A DNA stretch of 64,000 nucleotides from Candidatus Daviesbacteria bacterium (GTDB taxonomy: Bacteria > Patescibacteriota > Microgenomatia > Daviesbacterales > UBA10151), in contig JACOXI010000003.1 in assembly GCA_016176335.1 (NCBI GenBank), positions 322,477-386,476 of the forward strand, written 5' to 3'. Made by a program: the position numbers and the translations under genes. Shown here piece after piece: positions 52,997 through 61,642 of the stretch (the first letter of the stretch is position 1; each line of letters opens with the position of its first letter). The notes under the pieces were generated by a model that worked only from the letters and a program-made list of their open reading frames with translations, made no database searches and had not been told where the DNA came from.

Positions 52997-54162
52997 TTGA
53001 AAGGAGCAAGATTTGGTATTGAGGCTACGTTTTGGATAATGAAATTTTGGGAATATAAATAAATTGCCAAAGCAATAATAGGTAAAATAATTTTAAACTC
53101 TTTTGAAGTTAAGACTTTTTCAAAAGCTATCAGTACAAACGGTGTTATGGGTAATAAGTATCTGCTGATGTCGCGGTGGGCTATTAATGTAGAGGCCGCA
53201 AGATAGGTTAAAACAAAGAATGCCAAAGGATATAATTTTTGTTTTATCAACAGCACCCCGCCTAAAAACCCCAATATAAAAATGTAAACTATATCTTCAA
53301 GCCAGATATCCCCGACCCAAAATTGACCCTTGTTGAAAACCTGGAAGGGAGGAAAGGTCAGATGAATATTATCCCCGCTATGAAAGTATGCCCAAAAATC
53401 CCCATATGTTTGGCTATATAAATAAAATATTCCCCAAAGTCCTATGAGGATAAGAATAAGGGGGAAATATCTTAAGTGATCAAGATATGCTTTTTTAAAC
53501 CCGACGATTTTGGATTGTATATAAAATTTATAGTGGATATATAGTGCCAGGGCTAAAAATAGCAATATTCCGGGGGGTCTGGTTATTTGGGCCAGTAGTC
53601 CAAATATGGCAGAGATCCAAATATAGTAAGTATTTGAATATTTTTCGAACTTTAAGAAAAAATAAATAGATGTAATGACAAAAAAAATAAAGACTGGTTC
53701 GGCAGATCCGACCGAGTGGATGATCACCCATCTTGCCGGTAGAAACAAAAATAGAATGGATAAAAACAGTGGTTTGTTACTTAATTTAAAATCTTTTACC
53801 AAAAAGTAGAATGCCCAGCTTGAGAGAATGGTAAATATCAAAGAGACTACAAGCATTGATTTCAAAAATCCCAAAAGCGGTGCAAAAATTAGTATCAATA
53901 GAGAATAACCGGGAAAGTGAGCAGCATAGTAATTTGCAGGAAGCGACTGGGGTATTTGGGCAACAAGATTAGGGTTGTAAAAAGATTTGGCAATGACAAT
54001 ATATTCCAATCCGTCAAAGTTGTTATAGATTGTGGAAAAACCTTTTGAAAAATTTAAGCCCCAAAAATTGGGAAGGGATAAAATGTGGGGTAGCCAGATT
54101 AGAAGGGTGGCGAGAGAAACGGTAAAAGCGAGGACTAACAGATTAGATATTGTTTTGTTCAT
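52993..54162 (-). CDS. polytopic membrane protein, possible GT-C glycosyltransferase of another family
   Basis: 389 aa with ~11 TM helices. N-terminal loop NFDGLEYIVIAKSFYNP ... AAHFPGYSLLILIF. Its membership of the GT-C superfamily is a guess based on context and topology. Confidence 0.4.
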   Translation of the reverse strand: MNKTISNLLVLAFTVSLATLLIWLPHILSLPNFWGLNFSKGFSTIYNNFDGLEYIVIAKSFYNPNLVAQIPQSLPANYYAAHFPGYSLLILIFAPLLGFLKSMLVVSLIFTILSSWAFYFLVKDFKLSNKPLFLSILFLFLPARWVIIHSVGSAEPVFIFFVITSIYFFLKFEKYSNTYYIWISAIFGLLAQITRPPGILLFLALALYIHYKFYIQSKIVGFKKAYLDHLRYFPLILILIGLWGIFYLYSQTYGDFWAYFHSGDNIHLTFPPFQVFNKGQFWVGDIWLEDIVYIFILGFLGGVLLIKQKLYPLAFFVLTYLAASTLIAHRDISRYLLPITPFVLIAFEKVLTSKEFKIILPIIALAIYLYSQNFIIQNVASIPNLAPFN

Positions 54163-54200
54163 TTAATTAATTATACAGGAAAATATGCTAAACTTGAAAA

Positions 54201-56381
54201 GTGAATCATCTAAAATCCCTCTCTACGAAATCGCTATCTGTATTTTTCCCTCTATATAATGAGGAAGGAAATGTGGAAATTCTGGTTGAAAAAGCCTTAA
54301 AAGTCTTGGAGGGATTAAAACTTAAAGATTATGAAATACTTCTTATAAATGATGGCTCAACAGACAACACCGGAAAAGTTGCAGATAAGTTGGCTGTTGG
54401 GAATCGAAAAATTAGAGCTATTCACCACCAGAAAAATTTAGGTTACGGTGAGGCCTTAAAGAGTGGATTTTATAATGCAAAATTTGATCTGATTGTTTAT
54501 ACGGATGGGGATGGACAGTTTGATTTTTCGGAAGTCACCAAATTTTTGGAAACAATTGAAGACTATGATTTATTGATTGGATACAGGATTAAAAGGCAGG
54601 ACCCTATTTTTCGAATTCTCTTTAAAAAAGGCTGGACACTCTCTCTTTGGATAATGTATCAGCTAACCTTAAGAGATGTTGATTGTGGTTTTAAGATGAT
54701 CAAGCGGGAAGTACTGGAAAAAATTCCCAACCTGGAATCTCAAAGAGGTGCAATGATCAATGCCGAGATTGCCATAAAGGCTAAAAAGTATGGCTTCAGG
54801 GTTGGTCAGATCGGAGTGAGCCACTATCCAAGATTATCCGGCAAGCCGACAGGTGCAAGCTTAAAAGTGATCGTTCGTTCGTATGTTGATCTTTTAAGGC
54901 TTTGGTGGAAATTAAAAGATCAAAAATATGTTCTTATATTGCTTTTTTTAACTCTCGCGCTGGCAACATCCTTTCGTTTCTATAGGATTGATGCTTATAT
55001 GACTTTTTTGGGAGATGAAGGAAGGGATGCTCTTATTATGAAAAGAATGCTTTCGGGAGATTTTCCTCTGATCGGTCCTCCTACATCTTTTGGGAATATA
55101 TATTTGGGTCCGCTGTACTACTATATGATGTTTGTTCCAATGGTTCTGACTGGTTTTAATCCGGTTTCGGCAGCGGCCATGAATGCTTTAATAGGTCTTT
55201 TAACTGTCGGGTTTATCTATTATCTTGGCAAAATTTGGTTTGGAAGAATTTCGGGACTGATTGCAGCGTTCCTTTATGCCATATCTCCGGTGACAATAAT
55301 TTATTCCCGTTCGTCCTGGAATCCTAATCCCGCACCTTTTTTTGCCCTGCTGGGAATTTTTAGTTTATATAAACTAAACAAAGGTGGAAATTTCCGTTGG
55401 CTTATTGCAACAGGCGCATCATTTGCAGCTGCTTTACAGATGCATTATCTGGCTATAATTTTAACTCCTATTGGGGCTTTCTTGTGGTTACATGAAATCT
55501 GGTACAGATCTTCAAAGAAGATGCACATTAAAAATTTATTTTCAGGAACATTGCTTGGGATAATTTCTTTTCTTGCAGTTATGTCACCGCTTTTTATTTT
55601 CGATTTAAGACACAATTTTTTAAACTACAGGGCAATCACAACTCTTTTTTCACAAAGCTCTGCTGTTGGTTGGGATATCATTCCGAATATAGTAAGGATT
55701 CCCTCTCTTTATTCTTATAATTTGATCGGAAGATATATGACGGGGGAAAATTACTTATTGCAAGTTATACTTACTGTTTTAATTATTATTCCTTTTGTCA
55801 GGAGAAAAACTTTAAACTGGCCGATTTTGGCTTTGGGAGTATGGTTAATTGTTGGTCTTTTCGGGATTTCCTTTTATCAGCAGAGCGTTTATGATCATTA
55901 CTTGGGGTTTTTAAACCCTGCCCCGTTTTTACTTTTCGGGTCTCTGGCTAACCTTAAATTAGGTTTTCGTAAACTGATATATGTTGTACTTTTCATATTA
56001 GTAATTGCTTTGACTTGGGTAAATTTGCAGAAAAATCCTCAACTTAATCCTCCAAACAGGCAGCTTAAAAGGACGCAAGATGTGGCAAAATTTATAATTA
56101 ATCAAGCAAAGGGTGAGGATTTTAACTTTGCACTACTGGCGAAAAATAATTATGATTCAGCTTATTCATTTTATCTTGGGGAATATGGTCACAAACCAAA
56201 GAACGTGCCGTTTGAAAAAACAGATCAATTATTTGTAGTTTGTGAAGATCCTTGTGATCCCATATATTCTCCAAAATATGAGATTGCCGCGTTTGGCTGG
56301 ACGCTTGTTGAAAGAGAATGGGATTTTGAGGGTATTCAAATATATAAGCTTATTCATAATCCGGAGGAATTAAAACAATGA
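54201..56381 (+). CDS. fusion protein: N-terminal GT2 polyprenol-phosphate sugar synthase plus C-terminal GT-C membrane glycosyltransferase
   Basis: Residues ~10-240 are GT2 (SVFFPLYNEEGNVEIL ... LINDGSTDNTGKV ... DGDGQ). Residues ~250-726 carry the GT-C paralog motifs (RFYRIDAYMTFLGDEGRDAL ... LIGPPTSFGNIYLGPLYYY ... FDLRHNFLNY) and a soluble C-terminal domain. Confidence 0.7.
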   Translation: MNHLKSLSTKSLSVFFPLYNEEGNVEILVEKALKVLEGLKLKDYEILLINDGSTDNTGKVADKLAVGNRKIRAIHHQKNLGYGEALKSGFYNAKFDLIVYTDGDGQFDFSEVTKFLETIEDYDLLIGYRIKRQDPIFRILFKKGWTLSLWIMYQLTLRDVDCGFKMIKREVLEKIPNLESQRGAMINAEIAIKAKKYGFRVGQIGVSHYPRLSGKPTGASLKVIVRSYVDLLRLWWKLKDQKYVLILLFLTLALATSFRFYRIDAYMTFLGDEGRDALIMKRMLSGDFPLIGPPTSFGNIYLGPLYYYMMFVPMVLTGFNPVSAAAMNALIGLLTVGFIYYLGKIWFGRISGLIAAFLYAISPVTIIYSRSSWNPNPAPFFALLGIFSLYKLNKGGNFRWLIATGASFAAALQMHYLAIILTPIGAFLWLHEIWYRSSKKMHIKNLFSGTLLGIISFLAVMSPLFIFDLRHNFLNYRAITTLFSQSSAVGWDIIPNIVRIPSLYSYNLIGRYMTGENYLLQVILTVLIIIPFVRRKTLNWPILALGVWLIVGLFGISFYQQSVYDHYLGFLNPAPFLLFGSLANLKLGFRKLIYVVLFILVIALTWVNLQKNPQLNPPNRQLKRTQDVAKFIINQAKGEDFNFALLAKNNYDSAYSFYLGEYGHKPKNVPFEKTDQLFVVCEDPCDPIYSPKYEIAAFGWTLVEREWDFEGIQIYKLIHNPEELKQ

Positions 56382-57106
56382 AATTGTCTGTTGTAATACC
56401 TGCATATAATGAGGAAGGAAATCTTAAGAAAGGGGTTTTGGAGGGGGTTGAAAAATATTTGAAAGGGAAAGATTATGAGGTAATTATTGTTGATGACGGT
56501 TCAGCAGATGAAACAAGGAAGATAGTAAAAAAATATATATCCAAAAATGAGAACTTTAAGTTAATTGAGAATTCTCACGGTGGGAAAGCAATGGCGGTGA
56601 TGACCGGGATGTTGGCAAGTAAGGGAGAGGTAATTTTATTTACCGATATGGATCAGGCAACACCGATAAAGGAATGGGATAGATTTTCTCCTAAATTTGA
56701 GCAAGGTTATGATTTGGTGATTGGTTCCCGCAGGGGGAGGAAAGGAGCGCCCATGGTGAGAAAACTGGCAGCTTGGGGGTTTTCCGTTCTTCGTGGAATA
56801 ATTTTAGGTCTGCCATTTTCCGATACCCAATGTGGATTTAAAGCTTTTAATAGAAAATCAATTGAAAAAATTATTCCAAAGATTAAGGATGAGTGGGGAG
56901 TGGTGCACTTTAGGGGGGGAGCTGTTAATGCCGGATTTGATGTCGAGCTATTATATCTTGCCAAGAAATACGGCTTTAAGGTTGCAGAGGTTGATGTTGA
57001 GTGGAACTATGTTGATACCGAAAGAGTACAGGTTATCAAAGATGCCCTGGCAGCAATATATGATATGCTCCGAATTAGAATTAATGATTTATCAGGTAAA
57101 TATTAA
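56378..57106 (+). CDS. GT2 polyprenol-phosphate glycosyltransferase (DPM1/GtrB-like), stand-alone
   Basis: MKLSVVIPAYNEEGNL ... VIIVDDGSADETRKIV ... DMDQ. 242 aa with no membrane domain. Start overlaps the upstream stop (ATGA). Confidence 0.8.
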   Translation: MKLSVVIPAYNEEGNLKKGVLEGVEKYLKGKDYEVIIVDDGSADETRKIVKKYISKNENFKLIENSHGGKAMAVMTGMLASKGEVILFTDMDQATPIKEWDRFSPKFEQGYDLVIGSRRGRKGAPMVRKLAAWGFSVLRGIILGLPFSDTQCGFKAFNRKSIEKIIPKIKDEWGVVHFRGGAVNAGFDVELLYLAKKYGFKVAEVDVEWNYVDTERVQVIKDALAAIYDMLRIRINDLSGKY

Positions 57107-57144
57107 CCCTGTTAGATTTTTTGATAATGTGGTAATTTAATCAA

Positions 57145-57657
57145 ATGAGCGATTCAACTGATGTATGTCCTAAATGCGGTGCTCCCTTGGGAAATGTTAC
57201 AGAAACACAAAGCGGAAAAAAGCTACAAAAGTGTTCTAAGGGTTTTTGGAATAAAGAAGAGAGAAGAAATGAGGGTTGTGATTATGTTAAGTGGTTGCAA
57301 GTTGAACCTCAAGAATTAGATGAAAAATGCCCCAAGTGTGGTAATAATTTAATTTTGCAGGTTACCCGTTTTGGCAAGAAGTTGAAGAAATGCTCAACCG
57401 GGGGGTGGGATAAAGAAGCCAAAAAAGCTACAGGGTGTGACTTCGTAGAATGGATTACAGGCAAAACAGAACCTTTGGGTGTAGATTGTCCAACTTGCGG
57501 GGAGAAATTAGTTTTATTTACAACAGCAAATGGAAAGAAGATGGAGAAATGTTCAACATCAGGATGGGATTCTAAAGAGAAAAGACCAACAGGTTGTACT
57601 TACATTAGATGGTTAAAGCCAGGGGAGACACCTATACCTTCAAAATCAGGAGGATAG
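57145..57657 (+). CDS. protein with three topoisomerase-type C4 zinc-ribbon repeats (YrdD-like)
   Basis: Three repeats of CPxCG-x(14-18)-KCS-x-G-W-x(7-10)-GC-x(3)-W. Confidence 0.45.
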   Translation: MSDSTDVCPKCGAPLGNVTETQSGKKLQKCSKGFWNKEERRNEGCDYVKWLQVEPQELDEKCPKCGNNLILQVTRFGKKLKKCSTGGWDKEAKKATGCDFVEWITGKTEPLGVDCPTCGEKLVLFTTANGKKMEKCSTSGWDSKEKRPTGCTYIRWLKPGETPIPSKSGG

Positions 57658-57658
57658 A

Positions 57659-58261
57659 TTAGCTCTCTAGCAGAGGAGATTTCTTAACTGCTGTTTTCTT
57701 TTTACCTCCGGAAGAGGGGGGTGTTGCTACTTTGATAGGTTTTTCTGTCTCTTGGGATGGTATAACAGGGGACAATAAGCCTAAGATCCTGTCAAGTTTG
57801 GCATTGATTTCTTCAAACTTATCCTGCAAAGCAGGAGAGTTTCGCTCATCCCTACCTCCAGCATTCTTTTTATCCCCAAAACAATTGCGGCAAAATACTG
57901 GTTTATCACTGTTAGGTTGAAATGGAACTTTACAGGTGTCTCCACAGTCAGCACAGGTAGCGTCAAACATTGGTCTAAGATCGTGAGATCGCAAGCTTTG
58001 CTTTAGGTCGTCAGACCGCAAGCTCTGCTTATCTTCAGATCTTTCAGAGTGTCTTCCTTCAAATCTTCTTGAATTAGAACTTCCTCTCTGGTTTGCAAAG
58101 CAGTTGCTGCAAAAAATTGGCTTACCGCTGGTTGGTCTAAAGGGTACTTCGCATTCCTTACCACAGTTATCACAAATTGCTTTGTGTAATTCAACAGGAC
58201 CGCGGCCTGGGCCGCGATTGTTAAATCTTGGTCTATCATGTCTACTTCTATTGAATGCCAT
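57659..58261 (-). CDS. basic protein with two CxxC-x(15-17)-CxxCF zinc-ribbon repeats
   Basis: CDNCGKECEVPFRPTSGKPIFCSNCF and CADCGDTCKVPFQPNSDKPVFCRNCF. Arg/Gly-rich N-terminus. Internal short tandem peptide repeat KQSLRSDDL/KQSLRSHDL. Lys-rich C-terminus. Confidence 0.45.
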   Translation of the reverse strand: MAFNRSRHDRPRFNNRGPGRGPVELHKAICDNCGKECEVPFRPTSGKPIFCSNCFANQRGSSNSRRFEGRHSERSEDKQSLRSDDLKQSLRSHDLRPMFDATCADCGDTCKVPFQPNSDKPVFCRNCFGDKKNAGGRDERNSPALQDKFEEINAKLDRILGLLSPVIPSQETEKPIKVATPPSSGGKKKTAVKKSPLLES

Positions 58262-58375
58262 AATATTGCTTAGTGTGTAAGTATACCACGTTATCCTCCT
58301 TTGTGCTTTAATATAGCAGGAAAAATGTATCCATTGAACTTGCCTTTTTGATACTCAAAAACGTAATATATAAGA

Positions 58376-59875
58376 GTGAAACTTCTTGTAAAGCATAAGG
58401 TTGAATTGTTTATTCTTTTGATCCTTATCGCCTGTTATTTTATTTTAAGGCTTCCAAATCTTACTCTTCAGCCCATTTTTGCGGATGAGGCCATCTATAT
58501 CCGCTGGGCCCAAGTTATGAGAGCGGAGCCAACCTTGCGGTTTATTTCCATGCAAGATGGTAAAACCCCTCTTTTTATGTGGACAATGATGCCTATTTTT
58601 AAAATTTTTGAAGACCCCTTATTTGCCGGAAGGGTTTTATCAGTTACATCCGGTTTCTTTTCACTTTTGGGCGTATATTTCCTTTCCAAAAAAATTTTTA
58701 ATAAGCAAACAGCTTTTTGGGCCGCCCTTTTGTATGTAATTACTCCTTATACTGTTTTTTTTGACAGGATGGCTTTGGTGGATTCCATGCTTTCCGCATT
58801 TGGCATTTGGATAATTTATTTTGCAATTTGGCTGTCAAAAACTTTAAGGCTGGATATTGCCATGATTTTAGGTTACCTTTTGGGAGGAGCGGTTTTAACC
58901 AAAACTTCGGGGATGGTAAATTTTTTGCTTGTGCCTGTTTCTATTTTGGGATTCAACTTTGAAAAAAGTAAGAGAAAACCTTTTTTAAAGCTTGCCTTAC
59001 TTTGGGGAGTGGCCATAGGTATAGGTTTAATAATGTATAATCTGTTAAGACTGGGACCGGAATTTCACCAGCTATCTTCTAGAAATCAGGATTATGTGTT
59101 TTCCCCCCTAGAACTTATCGGTAGACCCTTGGATCCATTTTTACCGCATTTTCAAGATATTTTTGATTGGTTCCCCAAACTCTTAACTTGGCCGATTCTT
59201 TTTTGCGGAGCTGTAGGTTTATTTTATGTTTTGACTAACTTTCACAAACTAGGTCTGGTTTTATTTTTGTGGGGTTTTATACCTTTAATTTTGGATATGG
59301 TATTTTTAAAAACTTTTACGGCAAGATATTTACTGCCAACAATCCCCACACTCTTAATTATTTCAGCATATGGCATTTATCATATACTCCCAAGATTTGT
59401 TTCTCACAGACCCCTATCTTTCGTACTGATGCTTTTAGTGGTACTACCTTTACCCTTATATTTTAATTATTTGCTTCTGACTAATCCTCAAAAAGCACCT
59501 TTACCTTCTGAAGAAAGATCGGGGTATTTTGAAGCTTGGACTGCAGGTTATGGTTTTTCTGAAATTTCACAATTTTTAAAAGAGCAAAAGAAAGCAGGTA
59601 AGGTGGTAGTTGGAACAGAAGGTTTTTTTGGAACTTTGCCAGACGGATTGCGCATCTATTTGGATAAAGATGATATAGCAATAATTGGCAGTCATGCTAC
59701 AATTTCCGCACAGATTAGAAATGCGGCTAAAGATAATTTAACATTCTTTGTCGGCAACAAAAGCAGAGTTTCGGGAAGCGTTAATAATGTTGTTTTACTT
59801 AAAGAATATCCGAAAGCAAAACCCTTAGAAAAGTTAGATCAAGATGCCATAGTTTTATATAAGGTTTTACCATAA
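58376..59875 (+). CDS. GT-C membrane glycosyltransferase, ArnT/PMT-like (DE-motif type)
   Basis: First loop IFADEAIYIRWAQVM ... QDGKTPLFMW resembles the ArnT/PMT catalytic DE loop. ~11 TM and a C-terminal soluble domain. Confidence 0.65.
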   Translation: MKLLVKHKVELFILLILIACYFILRLPNLTLQPIFADEAIYIRWAQVMRAEPTLRFISMQDGKTPLFMWTMMPIFKIFEDPLFAGRVLSVTSGFFSLLGVYFLSKKIFNKQTAFWAALLYVITPYTVFFDRMALVDSMLSAFGIWIIYFAIWLSKTLRLDIAMILGYLLGGAVLTKTSGMVNFLLVPVSILGFNFEKSKRKPFLKLALLWGVAIGIGLIMYNLLRLGPEFHQLSSRNQDYVFSPLELIGRPLDPFLPHFQDIFDWFPKLLTWPILFCGAVGLFYVLTNFHKLGLVLFLWGFIPLILDMVFLKTFTARYLLPTIPTLLIISAYGIYHILPRFVSHRPLSFVLMLLVVLPLPLYFNYLLLTNPQKAPLPSEERSGYFEAWTAGYGFSEISQFLKEQKKAGKVVVGTEGFFGTLPDGLRIYLDKDDIAIIGSHATISAQIRNAAKDNLTFFVGNKSRVSGSVNNVVLLKEYPKAKPLEKLDQDAIVLYKVLP

Positions 59876-59881
59876 TTCGAA

Positions 59882-61642
59882 ATGTTTAACTTTCTTGCAA
59901 ACAGATCTTTTCTTGAAAAGATTTCATATAAATCTTGGATCATTTTAATTGTCATATTGACCATCCCCACCTTTTATCAACTGATTAGGCCCGGTTTTTT
60001 CTTTATGCAAGATGACCTGCAAGCAATGAGAGTACATCAGATGTTTAGGTGTTTGCAGGATTTTCAAATTCCCTGCAGGTGGGTGCCTGACATGGGTTAT
60101 CAGTATGGCTATCCCCAGTTTTTATATTACCCTCCCAGTGTATATTATTTGGGTGCTTTAATTCATTTATTTGCTGTTCAAATCATAGATTCTGTCAAAA
60201 TTCTGTTTATCTTCGGTTATATTCTTTCAACACTTTTTATGTTTATTTTTTTAAAAGCTTTTTTTGATGGAGAATCTAAAGAAAAAAGATTTGTCAGTAC
60301 TACCCTGCCTGCATTTTTGGGGGCAATGCTTTATACATACATTCCATATAAAGCATTAGAGGTCTATGTTAGAGGTGCTTTAAACGAATTTTGGAGTCTG
60401 GTTTTCTTTCCTTTGATTTTTTGGGCAATCTATCAGCTGATAAGCAAACAAAAGTTAAAATATGTAATTTTCCTTGCTCTCTCCACAGCTGCACTGATGC
60501 TTACTCACAATTTAATGACACTTATTTTTGCGCCACTTTCCATACTTTGGTGTTTAAGTTTGCTCGTATTAAAAAAGACTTGGAAAGTGATCCCCAAAAT
60601 ATTTTTGGGAGGACTTTTGGGAATAGGACTGGCAGCTTTTTTTACACTACCGGTAATTTTTGAAGGGAAATACGCTCATCTGGAAACTCTGGTAGGCGGA
60701 TATTTTGACTACAGGCAACACTTTGTTTCTATCAATAGATTATTGATTTCAAACCAATTTGGTTACGGGTCATCTGGGTTTGGACAAGATAATAATTTAA
60801 CTTTATCAACAGGACAAATACAATGGATGGTGGCTTTATTTGGATTTATTTTAGCGCCATTCTTTTTAAAAAAGCATAAAAATATAGCAATACTTGTAAT
60901 AATCAATTCTTTAGTTGAACTTGTAGTTTTATTTTTGATTCATCAAAAATCCTCTTTCATTTGGGAGCGAATACCAATTATGGTCTATTTACAATTTCCC
61001 TGGAGATTTTTGACAGACAGTATTTTTCTACTGTCTTTTTTAGGAGCGGGAACAATTTTCTTTATTAGTCAAATCAACATTAAAGGAGCAAAAATTTTTG
61101 CAACTTTGATTTTAATAGGAATCTTCCTACTGCATGCTCAATTTTTTAAACCTAAAGAGTGGTTTGGTATTTCCGACAAGGATAAATTTTCCGGCCCTTT
61201 TTGGGAGAAAGAATTAACAATCAGCATTTTTGATTACCTGCCCGCCTATGCAGAACTTCCTCCCAACAAAATTGCACCGGATACCCCTGAAGTTTTGGAA
61301 GGAAAGGTACGCTTTATAACCTACAGGAAGGGAAGCAACTACCAGATAGGAGAAGTTGAGGCAAGGGAGGATTCTGTCATTAGATTGCCGTTATTTGATT
61401 TTCCGGGGATGAGAGTAACAGTAGATGGAAAAGTAGTTGGACACAAAAATGATGACTGCAGGGGAGAGGAATATTGTTTGGGTTTAATAACCTTTGATTT
61501 GCCTCAAGGATCCCACCTTATAAAAGCACAACTGATGGATACACAAATTAGGAGTATAGGGAATATAATTACCTTGACCTCTTTTCTTTTACTTTTAGTA
61601 TTAGTTGGTAAAAACTATGGTTACAAAAAAGTTCATCTTTAA
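59882..61642 (+). CDS. YfhO-like polytopic membrane protein (GT-C glycosyltransferase candidate)
   Basis: N-terminal loop GFFFMQDDLQAMRVHQMFRCLQDFQIPCRWVPDMGYQYGYPQFLYY parallels the YfhO N-terminal D-x-x-Q-Y ... FYSW ... GlG ... YY region. Many TM helices and a C-terminal soluble domain. Confidence 0.5.
   Translation: MFNFLANRSFLEKISYKSWIILIVILTIPTFYQLIRPGFFFMQDDLQAMRVHQMFRCLQDFQIPCRWVPDMGYQYGYPQFLYYPPSVYYLGALIHLFAVQIIDSVKILFIFGYILSTLFMFIFLKAFFDGESKEKRFVSTTLPAFLGAMLYTYIPYKALEVYVRGALNEFWSLVFFPLIFWAIYQLISKQKLKYVIFLALSTAALMLTHNLMTLIFAPLSILWCLSLLVLKKTWKVIPKIFLGGLLGIGLAAFFTLPVIFEGKYAHLETLVGGYFDYRQHFVSINRLLISNQFGYGSSGFGQDNNLTLSTGQIQWMVALFGFILAPFFLKKHKNIAILVIINSLVELVVLFLIHQKSSFIWERIPIMVYLQFPWRFLTDSIFLLSFLGAGTIFFISQINIKGAKIFATLILIGIFLLHAQFFKPKEWFGISDKDKFSGPFWEKELTISIFDYLPAYAELPPNKIAPDTPEVLEGKVRFITYRKGSNYQIGEVEAREDSVIRLPLFDFPGMRVTVDGKVVGHKNDDCRGEEYCLGLITFDLPQGSHLIKAQLMDTQIRSIGNIITLTSFLLLLVLVGKNYGYKKVHL

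Noticed and set aside
54255-56425. Identical 19-mer atataatgaggaaggaaat present at 54256 and 56407. Considered as a possible repeat, CRISPR-like or recombination element.
   Set aside because: Both copies encode the conserved YNEEGN segment at the N-terminus of paralogous GT2 domains. Similarity stops outside the codons. There is no array structure.
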